A stretch of 64,000 bases of DNA from the NCBI GenBank assembly GCA_003194425.1, contig PQXB01000001.1:135265-199264 (forward strand), written 5' to 3'. Both the position numbers and the translations under genes were made by a program. Of this stretch, positions 26,858 through 35,764 are shown in pieces. The notes beneath the pieces are model-generated. The model had not been told where the DNA came from, made no database searches, and worked only from the letters and a program-made list of their open reading frames with translations. The stretch's first letter is position 1, and each line of letters starts with the position of its first letter. The DNA is from Candidatus Methanophagaceae archaeon. GTDB taxonomy: Archaea; Halobacteriota; Syntropharchaeia; Alkanophagales; Methanospirareceae.

Positions 26858-27724
26858 CTACTCGATCGTCTTGATCATCCCTGTACCTACTGTCGAGTAC
26901 GCTTCCTCAAAGCACATTCTCACGAACTTCACGAAGCAGACCAACCACACGACCGCGCCGAAAATCACTAAAAGCACTCCGTCTACTACTCCACTAACGC
27001 CCCAGGTCGTAGTCGCGACCGCTGCCACCACAATTCCGAGAATTACGCAGAGCAGCCCTGAAACCTCAACCGAGACAATCATCGTTCGCGGTCTTCGCTC
27101 GTCAGGACCGAGGCAGGCGTTGTACGGGTGAAACATTGCCATACAAGAGAGAATGAACATCACTGCGATGAGCCCGTTGCTAATTGCCTTGTCCAGCACT
27201 ACATCAAAGTTCAGCGAGCCTGCCACGATTGAGAATTGAAGCAGCATCGCGATCGTCCCCGCCATTCCAAGTTCCGTCATCCCCTGCTCCAATTTCGGAA
27301 TCTTCATTCCGATTATCTTCTCGTGGTTCGAGAGCACGCCCGAGACCAGTCCGACAACGCCCATCAGCAGAACGCCGCCTAACGCCGCCGCTGGGGCAAG
27401 CACCGAGTCTCCGACCTTACTAACGACCTTGCTAACTAACGCGATTCCAACTAACGCCCCTACAATGCCGTAGCCCATTGCCAGCACGCCGATTGACGGA
27501 ACGCCGGTTCCCAGCCCGTATTTAGAAGTCTTCCGCACGGAATCCATTCCCCAGACAAGAGCCAAAATCAAGCCCACCGCTTTTATCACTGCGGGCAGCC
27601 CTGGAAAAATCAGAATCACCGCCGAAATCACCCCTGCAATTATTCCCAACTGCTTTACATCGGGCGGAATTGTGAACCCCTCCGCCTTTTCTTCTTCTAC
27701 TACCGGTCCTCCTCCGACTGTCAT
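26858..27724 (-). CDS. mtrC: Tetrahydromethanopterin S-methyltransferase subunit C
   Basis: Polytopic membrane protein of MtrC size in operon context. Confidence 0.7.
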   Translation of the reverse strand: MTVGGGPVVEEEKAEGFTIPPDVKQLGIIAGVISAVILIFPGLPAVIKAVGLILALVWGMDSVRKTSKYGLGTGVPSIGVLAMGYGIVGALVGIALVSKVVSKVGDSVLAPAAALGGVLLMGVVGLVSGVLSNHEKIIGMKIPKLEQGMTELGMAGTIAMLLQFSIVAGSLNFDVVLDKAISNGLIAVMFILSCMAMFHPYNACLGPDERRPRTMIVSVEVSGLLCVILGIVVAAVATTTWGVSGVVDGVLLVIFGAVVWLVCFVKFVRMCFEEAYSTVGTGMIKTIE

Positions 27725-27725
27725 T

Positions 27726-28418
27726 TTATCCCGTCAGCCCTCCTAAATTCACTACCAGCACTACAAGAACGCCGCACAAGAGCGAAATAACGCCGCACGA
27801 AACTAGCGCCTTCGGCAGTCGCTTGAACTTCGGGTCTTGGAAGCCTTCGATCGTGCCGCCGATGTTGTAGGCTGCGATGATCGCGTTTGCCACGAAGATT
27901 CCCATCGCCGCTATTCCTGCCATCGTCTCCTCGAAGTGCGCGTAGTTGAGCAGACCGAAGTACATAATTGCACCCCCGAAACCGCCTAACAACGCACCCA
28001 CCATTCCCGAAATGTAGCTCACATTTGGCACCCCGTGCCCGTCGCACTGCGGTGTCTTGTAGGCTTTCTGCGGTTCTTTCGTTATCGGGTCTACATCCAC
28101 TCTGCCCGAGACGGGAACGATGCCGGTTCCGAAGACATAAATCACATTCGCTACGAGCATCGTGACGCCCATCATCAGCCACGAGCCGACGCTGCCCGAG
28201 AGCGAGACAAGCAGAATATTATCGCTGAATGTCGCGACCGAAGACGCCGTAAAAAGACCGCACATCGCCGCGCCGAACATTAGCATCACCGTTCCCGTTG
28301 CTACTCCTGTCGCTGTTCCCATCGCTGCTGGCGCTCCTCCTACAGGCAGCAGGTGAACGCCGAGACTCGCTAACACTCCCCCCAATATCACACAAACCAA
28401 TATCAAAATTGGGTCCAT
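27726..28418 (-). CDS. mtrD: Tetrahydromethanopterin S-methyltransferase subunit D
   Basis: Polytopic ~230 aa, 1-nt gap to mtrC. Confidence 0.7.
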   Translation of the reverse strand: MDPILILVCVILGGVLASLGVHLLPVGGAPAAMGTATGVATGTVMLMFGAAMCGLFTASSVATFSDNILLVSLSGSVGSWLMMGVTMLVANVIYVFGTGIVPVSGRVDVDPITKEPQKAYKTPQCDGHGVPNVSYISGMVGALLGGFGGAIMYFGLLNYAHFEETMAGIAAMGIFVANAIIAAYNIGGTIEGFQDPKFKRLPKALVSCGVISLLCGVLVVLVVNLGGLTG

Positions 28419-28488
28419 TTTTCTCGCTCACTTCCTCTCCTTTCTCTCTTCCTCTCCTTTCTCTCTTCTCTCTTTTTCATCTTTCATC

Positions 28489-29439
28489 TTACTCTCCTAC
28501 AAAAGTCCCGTACCTCTTTCTCGCCCATCTCACCAGGACTAAATTCCCGACTATCATCGCTACTCCAATCACCAGTCCAACTACGATTCCGATTACCGCT
28601 GCAGAGTCTCCAGCTGCGGCTTCTAAGTTCGGCAAATACCTTGCAACCTGCATCCCAACGAGCGTCCTCCAATTCTCGAAGAGAATTATCACGCCGAAGG
28701 TCAGTCCAGTGCAGGGACCGCCGAACTTCGCACAAAACGCCGCAATGTCCTTCTGTGTCCGCACGCCGCAGTCAGCGTAGCGCGTTATTTTGCCGTGGTA
28801 GACTACCCGCTTGCCCTCACCGAAAGGTCTGTCCTGGAACTCTCGCTCGGTGCCGTAGTGAATATCGCCTGTAGACGACCCGATTGCCCCGACTGTGATG
28901 CCCCAAATAAAAGCGAGCATCGGCAGAGCGAAGGGGTGGTCCAAACCGGGATTTCCCGAGAGCGTCCCAAGATTGCTCTGAATGTATGCTATCGCCGTAA
29001 TGCAGAGTGTTGCCATAAATCCATGCGTTGCGATTGGCATTATGTGCCCGTACAAGACATCGAGGTAAATCGGTTGCTCGAATCGTTTCTGTGCCGTCGT
29101 CCTGCCCACGTGCGCCGTTACCGAAAAAATCACATGAACTGCTTCGCCGACCACTGCCCCGATGGGAATCGCGATAATCGGGTGCGCCCCTTTGGAGAGC
29201 AGCACCCACGCGATAACGCCCGCTACGGTGCAGTAGAGTGCGTAGGCCGGTGCCTCACCAGAAATCGCCTTGTTGAAGAACCGATGCACTTGTCCTACTT
29301 GTGGTGCCAGTTGCACTTGCGAGTTCGGATTGCTCTGTGACCCAACATCAGACTCGAGGTCCTCAAACATGCACGCTACCAATGCCAAAAAAACTATCAG
29401 CAACATCCACGCAAACAGCATTGCTATTTCTATTGGCAT
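28489..29439 (-). CDS. mtrE: Tetrahydromethanopterin S-methyltransferase subunit E
   Basis: Polytopic ~316 aa, first gene of the operon. Confidence 0.75.
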   Translation of the reverse strand: MPIEIAMLFAWMLLIVFLALVACMFEDLESDVGSQSNPNSQVQLAPQVGQVHRFFNKAISGEAPAYALYCTVAGVIAWVLLSKGAHPIIAIPIGAVVGEAVHVIFSVTAHVGRTTAQKRFEQPIYLDVLYGHIMPIATHGFMATLCITAIAYIQSNLGTLSGNPGLDHPFALPMLAFIWGITVGAIGSSTGDIHYGTEREFQDRPFGEGKRVVYHGKITRYADCGVRTQKDIAAFCAKFGGPCTGLTFGVIILFENWRTLVGMQVARYLPNLEAAAGDSAAVIGIVVGLVIGVAMIVGNLVLVRWARKRYGTFVGE

Positions 29440-29490
29440 AACGAAAAATATAGGGACGCCTCTTTAAAAGGTTTTCTATTTTTTTACGCT
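29440..29490 (-). promoter_or_regulatory. Possible promoter/leader of the mtr operon (TATA-like TTTAAAG about 27 nt upstream of the mtrE ATG)
   Basis: 51-nt AT-rich gap. On the coding strand: ...aaaaatagaaaaccttttaaagaggcgtccctatatttttcgtATG. Confidence 0.3.
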
Positions 29491-30987
29491 TCAAACTTCC
29501 AAGCCCTCCAGAATCTCTGCGAATTTCCTGTCCGCGTTCCTCTTTTTCAGCTTTGCGAGCTTCACAATCTCGCTCTTGTCCACTCCAAATTCTCCCCCGC
29601 GAACGAACTCGGTCGCGTCCAAAAGCCGCTTCCCCACCCGAGACCGCACGACAACCGTCGAAAAGCCGTCTGGACTCCCGACCGAGCCGACCGAGATGTC
29701 TGCGAGCCGCGAGACGAAGTCGTCGCAGTAGGGACAGCCCTCCCGCACAACTCCCTCCAACTCCCGCACGTCGCAGGAAAAAACCTCTCCGTCCGCTGCG
29801 GTGACGATGAACTTCCCTTTTGTAATTTGCGTCTTCTCTGCGCGGTCGAGGTCAACGCCGAACCGCCGCCTCGTCTCCTCCTTCAGACCCTCGTAGTCAA
29901 AACTCTCAAGGCAGAACAAGCCCAGCACCGTGATTTCTGCCCCCGGGAATTCTCGTTCCAATTTCCGTACCGCTCTGACCTCGCAGGGCGTTCCTACGAC
30001 CGCAAGTCGCCTCTTGCTCTTGCTCTTACCCCCCTTTTCTTCCTCTTCCAACGCTCCTTCTTTCAACGCAGCCGCAATCTTTGAAACCATCGGGACACGC
30101 AGGTATTTCGTCCCGCTCGCGCTTCTCACCCCTGCCGCGTCCTCAACCACGACCGCCTCTGCCTTGTAGCCCTCTCCCCGCTGCACCACGACCGCGCTGT
30201 CAAAAAAACCGTTCTCCAGCCCTGCGACGAGCAGAGCCGAGACCATTCCTCCGTCCTGCCCTTGCACAACTGAACTCTTAGCCGCGACCAAATCGCTGTA
30301 AACGCCCAGTGCCTCGTCTCGCTTACTCCCTGCCCCTAAATCCAAGAACCTGTTTTCAATTTCCCGCTCGTCCTCCGCGGTCGTCGGAAAAATATTCTTC
30401 GCCAATTTTATCGCTTCTGTGGGGCAGACGAGAGCACACGAGCCACAACCCACGCAGTCGTCGGAGGGCTCTTTGTACGGCGTGCCGACCTCCCGCTCCA
30501 CGCCACGACCCAGAACATTTATCGCCGAGACGCCGACCAACTCCTCGCAGACCCGCGTGCACAACCCGCAGAGAATGCAGTGCTCCTCTGCTTCGTCCTT
30601 TTTCGCTGCCAACTCCAGCCTGAATCTCGGCTTCCCCTCTCCCTCTCTCACCCCGTACTCCCTCGCCAGACTTTGAATTCTGCCCTCCCCAGGACACCTC
30701 GCGAGCAGCAGTTCCAGGAGCATTTTCCTTACTTCGACGACCTCTGGAGATTTGGTCTTTACCACCAGCCCCTCCTCGGCAGGGTAGTTGCAGGCGGTGA
30801 CAATTTTCTTCCTGCCTCTCCCTCCTCGCCACTCAATCTCAACCGAGCAGAGCCGACAAGCGCCAAACGGCTCCAACGCGGGGTGGTAGCACAAAGTCGG
30901 AATTTCAATGCCAACGCTTCTCGCCGCGTCCAATAAGGTAGCTCCTTCCTCTATTTCCACTACCTCCCCGTCAATTTCTAATTTCAT
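29491..30987 (-). CDS. Fusion protein: NuoG/HydA-type N-terminal [2Fe-2S] + [4Fe-4S] ferredoxin module fused to an FrhB/FdhB-like F420-binding beta subunit
   Basis: N-terminal 2Fe-2S Cys pattern, HCILCGLC and CVGCGSCALVCP clusters. C-terminal FrhB_FdhB N- and C-domains (VVGTPCEVRAV, REGCPYCDDFVSRLADISVGSVG). Confidence 0.7.
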   Translation of the reverse strand: MKLEIDGEVVEIEEGATLLDAARSVGIEIPTLCYHPALEPFGACRLCSVEIEWRGGRGRKKIVTACNYPAEEGLVVKTKSPEVVEVRKMLLELLLARCPGEGRIQSLAREYGVREGEGKPRFRLELAAKKDEAEEHCILCGLCTRVCEELVGVSAINVLGRGVEREVGTPYKEPSDDCVGCGSCALVCPTEAIKLAKNIFPTTAEDEREIENRFLDLGAGSKRDEALGVYSDLVAAKSSVVQGQDGGMVSALLVAGLENGFFDSAVVVQRGEGYKAEAVVVEDAAGVRSASGTKYLRVPMVSKIAAALKEGALEEEEKGGKSKSKRRLAVVGTPCEVRAVRKLEREFPGAEITVLGLFCLESFDYEGLKEETRRRFGVDLDRAEKTQITKGKFIVTAADGEVFSCDVRELEGVVREGCPYCDDFVSRLADISVGSVGSPDGFSTVVVRSRVGKRLLDATEFVRGGEFGVDKSEIVKLAKLKKRNADRKFAEILEGLEV

Positions 30988-32936
30988 CTTCTTCTCTCAC
31001 CTCCACTCCGCACCTTTCTCCTTTCTATTTCCCGCTCCGCTTCAGGCACCGGCGGAGGAACCGGCACGCCAGAAATCTTCTTCACCGCCCTCACCTTCGG
31101 CGGACAAACATCAAAACAAATCCCGCACTTTACGCACTTACTCTGGTCAATTACGTGCACTTTTTTCTTCCCGCCCGAAATCGCACCCTCAGGGCAGTTC
31201 TTCAGGCAAAGCAGACAAGCAACGCACTTCTCCGGCTCGATGTAGTACGAAATCAAGTCCTTACAAAACAACGCAGGACATCTCTTCTCCGCGATGTGCG
31301 CCTCGTACTCGTCCCTAAAGTAGCGGAGCGTGCTCAAGACCGGGTTCGCCGCGGTCGTCCCCAGAGCGCAGAGTGACGCCTTTTTCATCACCTCTCCAAT
31401 CTCCTCGAGCATTTCAATGTCGCCCTCCTTCCCCCTACCCGCCACGACACCCTCCAAAATCTCTCGCATTCTCCTCAAACCCTCTCGGCACGGCACGCAC
31501 TTGCCACACGACTCGTCGCAGAGGAAATCCACGAAGTAGCGCGCCAAATCCACGATGCACGTCTCCTCGTCGATCACGATCATTCCGCCCGAGCCCATCA
31601 TCGAGCCCAGCCTCGTGAGTTCGTCAAAATCAACGGGTGTGTCGAGGAACTGCTCTGGAATTATTCCGCCTGAGGGACCGCCGGTCTGGACGCTTTTGAA
31701 CCGTTTTCCGCCGCGAATCCCTCCCCCGATTTTGTAAATAATTTCACGCAGCGTCGTCCCCATCGGGACCTCCACCAAGCCCGTGTTGTTCACTGTGCCG
31801 ACGAGCGAGAAGATTTTCGTGCCCTTGCTGCCCTCGGTTCCGATTGAGTTGAACCAGTCCGCGCCTTTGGCGATGATTAGCGGCACGTTCGCCCAGGTCT
31901 CGACATTGTTGAGGTTGCTCGGTTTGTCCCAGACGCCGCTCTCGGAGGTGTGGATGTATTTTGGTCGTGGTTCGCCGACTTTTCCCTCGATCGCATTCAT
32001 CAAGGCACTGGACTCACCGGAGACGAAGGCACCCGCACCCCTGTGCACTTTCACATCGAAATTGAAGCCCGAGCCCAGAATATTCTCGCCAAGAAATCCG
32101 TACTCCTTCGCCTGCTCGATAGCGACCCCCAGATTTGCGATCGCGATTGGGTATTCCTGTCGCACGTAAACGAAGCCCTGGTGAGAGCCGATTGCGTAAG
32201 CGCCGATTGTCAGCCCCTCGAGGACGCGGTGCGGGTTGCCCTCCATAATTGACCTGTCCATATAAGCACCCGGGTCGCCCTCGTCGCAGTTTACGATTAC
32301 ATATTTTGGTTCTCCTGCTGCGTTCCGAGTGGTTTCCCACTTCCTGCCAGCGGGAAACCCGCCGCCACCCCTGCCTCGCAAATTCGCTCTCTTCACCTCT
32401 TCCAGCACCTCCTCGGGCGTCTTCTCCTCCAACACCTTCGCTAACGCCTTGTAGCCGCCGAGAGCGAGGTAGTCCTCGATTTTCGTCGGGTCGATCCAGA
32501 GGTTTCCCTTGAAGACGAGGCGGGTCTGGTGCTTGTAGAACGGAATGTCCTGCTCGTGAACGCTTCGTTCGCCGGTGCTGGGCTCGGCGTAAAGCAGCCG
32601 CTCAATAATCCGCTTCCCTTTTATCGTCTCTGAAACAATTTCCGGCACGTCCTCGGGCGTTACTCCAAGGTAGCAAATCTCCTCAGGATAAATCACAAGA
32701 ATCGGACCACGCTCGCAGAACCCGTGGCAGCCCGTCCTCCGAACGCCCACCTGCTCAGTCAGACCTTGCTTCTCCAACTCCTCCTGAATCGCAGCAGCAA
32801 CCGCGTCGCTGCCCGTCGCGTGGCACGCCGTCCCAGAGCAGAGCGTGATGAACGGCTTGTTCAAGTCCCGCCCTGCCACAATCTTTCTTCTCAACTCCCT
32901 CAATTCTTGCCCTGAGTTTAGTCTCGTTCTTGGCAT
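30984..32936 (-). CDS. NuoF/HydB-like NAD(P)H-binding flavoprotein subunit with N-terminal thioredoxin-like [2Fe-2S] and C-terminal 2x[4Fe-4S] ferredoxin domains
   Basis: FMN motif GRGGGGFPAGRKW, NADH motif GAGAFVSGESSALMNAIEG, CGKCVPCREG; C-terminal CVACLLCLKNCP and CVKCGICFDVCP. Confidence 0.8.
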   Translation of the reverse strand: MPRTRLNSGQELRELRRKIVAGRDLNKPFITLCSGTACHATGSDAVAAAIQEELEKQGLTEQVGVRRTGCHGFCERGPILVIYPEEICYLGVTPEDVPEIVSETIKGKRIIERLLYAEPSTGERSVHEQDIPFYKHQTRLVFKGNLWIDPTKIEDYLALGGYKALAKVLEEKTPEEVLEEVKRANLRGRGGGGFPAGRKWETTRNAAGEPKYVIVNCDEGDPGAYMDRSIMEGNPHRVLEGLTIGAYAIGSHQGFVYVRQEYPIAIANLGVAIEQAKEYGFLGENILGSGFNFDVKVHRGAGAFVSGESSALMNAIEGKVGEPRPKYIHTSESGVWDKPSNLNNVETWANVPLIIAKGADWFNSIGTEGSKGTKIFSLVGTVNNTGLVEVPMGTTLREIIYKIGGGIRGGKRFKSVQTGGPSGGIIPEQFLDTPVDFDELTRLGSMMGSGGMIVIDEETCIVDLARYFVDFLCDESCGKCVPCREGLRRMREILEGVVAGRGKEGDIEMLEEIGEVMKKASLCALGTTAANPVLSTLRYFRDEYEAHIAEKRCPALFCKDLISYYIEPEKCVACLLCLKNCPEGAISGGKKKVHVIDQSKCVKCGICFDVCPPKVRAVKKISGVPVPPPVPEAEREIERRKVRSGGERRR

Positions 32937-32943
32937 TTTTCAC

Positions 32944-33435
32944 CTACGCGTACTTTTCTAAAATCCCCGCTACCATCGCGGGCGTAATCTTGCCGTGGTA
33001 ATTCCCGTCAACCACCACCACCGGTCCCATCGCACAGCAGCCCAGACAATTCACCCGCCGCAGACTAAACCGCCTGTCCAGCGTCGTCTCGCCCTCTTTT
33101 ATCCTCAGCCGCTCCTCCAGCCTGTCCAGAATCTTCGGCGCACCACGAACCTGACAGGCAGTGCCAAGACAAACCTGCACCGTGTGGCGACCCGCCGGAG
33201 TCAGGCTCATCGCTTCATAAAAACTCGCCACGCGGTAGATTTTGCTCTTTGGAACTCGCAACCGCTCGCTTATTCGTGCAATCGCCTCTCTTGGAATCCA
33301 GTTGAACTCGCTCTGAATGTCCAGCAGTAACTGAATCAAAAACCCCTCCTCGCCCCGCTCCTTGTAGCCCTCAATTATTTCCTCCACCCTCTCCAACCCT
33401 GTTTCCAACTCGGTTTTCAAGTTTGTTTTTCCCAT
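32944..33435 (-). CDS. NuoE/HydC-like [2Fe-2S] thioredoxin-like subunit
   Basis: C-x4-C...CLGCC pattern (VCLGTACQVRG...VNCLGCCAMGPVVVVDGNYH). Start set at MGKTNL; the longer ORF-track N-terminus is probably untranslated. Confidence 0.6.
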   Translation of the reverse strand: MGKTNLKTELETGLERVEEIIEGYKERGEEGFLIQLLLDIQSEFNWIPREAIARISERLRVPKSKIYRVASFYEAMSLTPAGRHTVQVCLGTACQVRGAPKILDRLEERLRIKEGETTLDRRFSLRRVNCLGCCAMGPVVVVDGNYHGKITPAMVAGILEKYA

Positions 33436-33531
33436 TTGTTTAAATGAGTGTTTGGAACAGTTTATAAATTTTGCGGTTTTTTCTGATTTGACGGCTTTAG
33501 ATTTGACGGCGAAAGAAGGGAAAGCGGGAAA

Positions 33532-34359
33532 ATGACACGGGGCTACGTAACCGAAATGTTCAGCTCCTTCCAGGGTGAAGGACCCTACGCAGGCAGGAGG
33601 CAGGTCTTTCTTCGGTTTGCGGGCTGTCCCCTCTCTTGTTTTTACTGCGACACCGCCTACGCAAGAGAGCCCAGACCAAAGTTCTGCAACCTGCTCCGCC
33701 CTGACAAGAAGACCCGCAAAAGAAACCCGCTGTCCGCGAGCGAGGTGCTGGACTGCGTAAAAGCGCTGCTCTCTCCCGACCTGCACAGCGTCTGCTACAC
33801 CGGCGGCGAGCCGCTCACACCGTCTTCCGCGGGGTTCGTAAAAGAAATTGCAAACGCGGTAAAAGAGACGGGGCTAAGGAATTTTTTAGAGACGAGTGGG
33901 TGCTCGGCACGGGCGTTCGCGTCTTTAGCCGACTGCTTTGACTTCGCTTCGGTTGACATAAAACTGCGGGGTCACCAAGCGGTGCAGGGGGAAGACAGCT
34001 ACGAGGCGTTGTACAGGAACGAGCTTGAGTGCGTAAGAATCGCGGTTGAGCGGGGTGTAGAGACGGTGGTGAAGGTGGTAGTGCTAAAGGGCACGCCCGC
34101 GGCGGAAATCGAAGAAATCTGCAGAGACCTTTCGGGGTTTGAATTTGGGTTAGAGGAGAGAGGAAGGGGCAGGGAAAAGGGTAGGGGAAGGGGCAGGGAA
34201 AAGGGTAGGGTAAAGTTTGTGTTGCAGCCTGTTACTGCTCCGCGGTCGGGGGCAGTGCCGAGCACAGAGGAACTCTTTGAACTTTCCGAAGTGGCGGGGC
34301 GGTTCTTACGCGATGTTGCGGTGATTCCGCAGGTGCATAAATTTTTGGGAGTTTTATGA
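33532..34359 (+). CDS. queE: 7-carboxy-7-deazaguanine synthase (radical SAM) with a (GRGREKGR)-type repeat insertion
   Basis: FLRFAGCPLSCFYCDT radical-SAM cluster motif typical of QueE. 27-nt x2 repeat at ~34150-34215. Confidence 0.75.
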   Translation: MTRGYVTEMFSSFQGEGPYAGRRQVFLRFAGCPLSCFYCDTAYAREPRPKFCNLLRPDKKTRKRNPLSASEVLDCVKALLSPDLHSVCYTGGEPLTPSSAGFVKEIANAVKETGLRNFLETSGCSARAFASLADCFDFASVDIKLRGHQAVQGEDSYEALYRNELECVRIAVERGVETVVKVVVLKGTPAAEIEEICRDLSGFEFGLEERGRGREKGRGRGREKGRVKFVLQPVTAPRSGAVPSTEELFELSEVAGRFLRDVAVIPQVHKFLGVL

Positions 34360-34437
34360 AAAAACTTTTTTGCAAGCAAAAACCTTTACTAAAAAATTGC
34401 AAGCAAAAACCTTTACTAAAAAACTTTTCTTATTTTT

Positions 34438-35661
34438 TTACAGAATTCTGCCTGAGCCGATTAAGTGCCACCGTGCGCCGATTTTCCGTCCGATTGCGAC
34501 ACGAGCTCCATTTTCCGCGCAAATCGGTCTGCTCAGTTTCACATCAACTGTCTCTCTCGCTTTCGTCACCCGCTTCACCTCGCCCATTGTGATTGCGGTT
34601 CCTACGCTCAGCATCACTTTCTCGCCCAGTTTTATCGCCTGAATCCCCTCCTCTTTCGCTACGCCGACGACACGGTCCAGCAAGTGAAATTCGATTCGGA
34701 GTTCGTTCCGAGTCGGAGGTAGCGACCCAAGCGTGCCGACGCACTGCCCCACCAACGAGTCTTCGATTGTCAAGCTGGGGTCCAGTTTTGTGCCGACGCC
34801 GATTAGACCGCCTGGGGTCACTTCTTTTACCCGCTCGCCGCCTGCGATTATTGAACTTATCTCGGTCTCAATCGGCTGCCACGTCTCCTTCTCCTTTCCT
34901 CCCGCTTCCTTTCCTCCCGCTGTCGCCACCCGACCCGGTCGGATTTCCAGCCTGTCGCCTTCTCGCAGCCTGCCCTGAAGCAGCGAACCGCCGATTACCC
35001 CGCCCTTCAGATTTTTTATCGGCGTTCCGGGTTTGTTTACATCAAAGGAGCGAGCAATGTGCATAATTGGAGGCTTGTCAGCGGGACGCGAGGGAGTAGG
35101 AATTTCCTGCTCGATGCACTGAATTAAAATGTCAAGATTCGCGGACTGTTGGGCCGAGATTGGGACAATCGGCGAGTTTTCCGCACCCGTTCCCCTAACA
35201 AACTCTTTTATTTGGCGGTAGTGTTGCAGTGCTTCCGCCCGCGAGACGAGGTCTATTTTGTTCTGCGCAATCACGATTTTCTTGATCCCGATTAAGTTCA
35301 GAGCCATCAGGTGCTCCTTCGTCTGCGGCTGCGGGCAGGGTTCGGAGGCTGCGATTAGGAGAACAGCACCGTCCATTATCGCGGCACCGCTCAGCATCGT
35401 CGCCATCAACGCCTCGTGCCCCGGCGAATCGACGAACGAGACAGACCGCAGCTCCTCGGTCCTTGACCCGCAGTGCTTGCAGAACTCTTCGACGGTGTAA
35501 CACCCCGGCTCCTCACAGGCAGGACATTTTCTGAATGTCACGTCTGCGTAGCCGAGCCGAATTGAAATTCCGCGTTTTATCTCCTCGCTGTGCCTGTCCG
35601 CCCACTCGCCTGACAAGGCTCTCACTAAAGTCGTTTTCCCGTGGTCTACGTGCCCGACCAT
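34438..35661 (-). CDS. Translation initiation factor 2 subunit gamma
   Basis: G1 to G4 motifs (GHVDHGKTT ...), zinc knuckle (CPAC...CKHC). Start problem described in findings. Confidence 0.85.
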   Translation of the reverse strand: MVGHVDHGKTTLVRALSGEWADRHSEEIKRGISIRLGYADVTFRKCPACEEPGCYTVEEFCKHCGSRTEELRSVSFVDSPGHEALMATMLSGAAIMDGAVLLIAASEPCPQPQTKEHLMALNLIGIKKIVIAQNKIDLVSRAEALQHYRQIKEFVRGTGAENSPIVPISAQQSANLDILIQCIEQEIPTPSRPADKPPIMHIARSFDVNKPGTPIKNLKGGVIGGSLLQGRLREGDRLEIRPGRVATAGGKEAGGKEKETWQPIETEISSIIAGGERVKEVTPGGLIGVGTKLDPSLTIEDSLVGQCVGTLGSLPPTRNELRIEFHLLDRVVGVAKEEGIQAIKLGEKVMLSVGTAITMGEVKRVTKARETVDVKLSRPICAENGARVAIGRKIGARWHLIGSGRIL

Positions 35662-35764
35662 TCCGATGTTTACTGACGGTTTCTTCGTTTTGCCTGCCCC
35701 CTTCCTTTTCTTTTGTGTTTCCTCTTCTATTTATTCTTCTTTGATAAGACCTTCTTTTTAAGAA

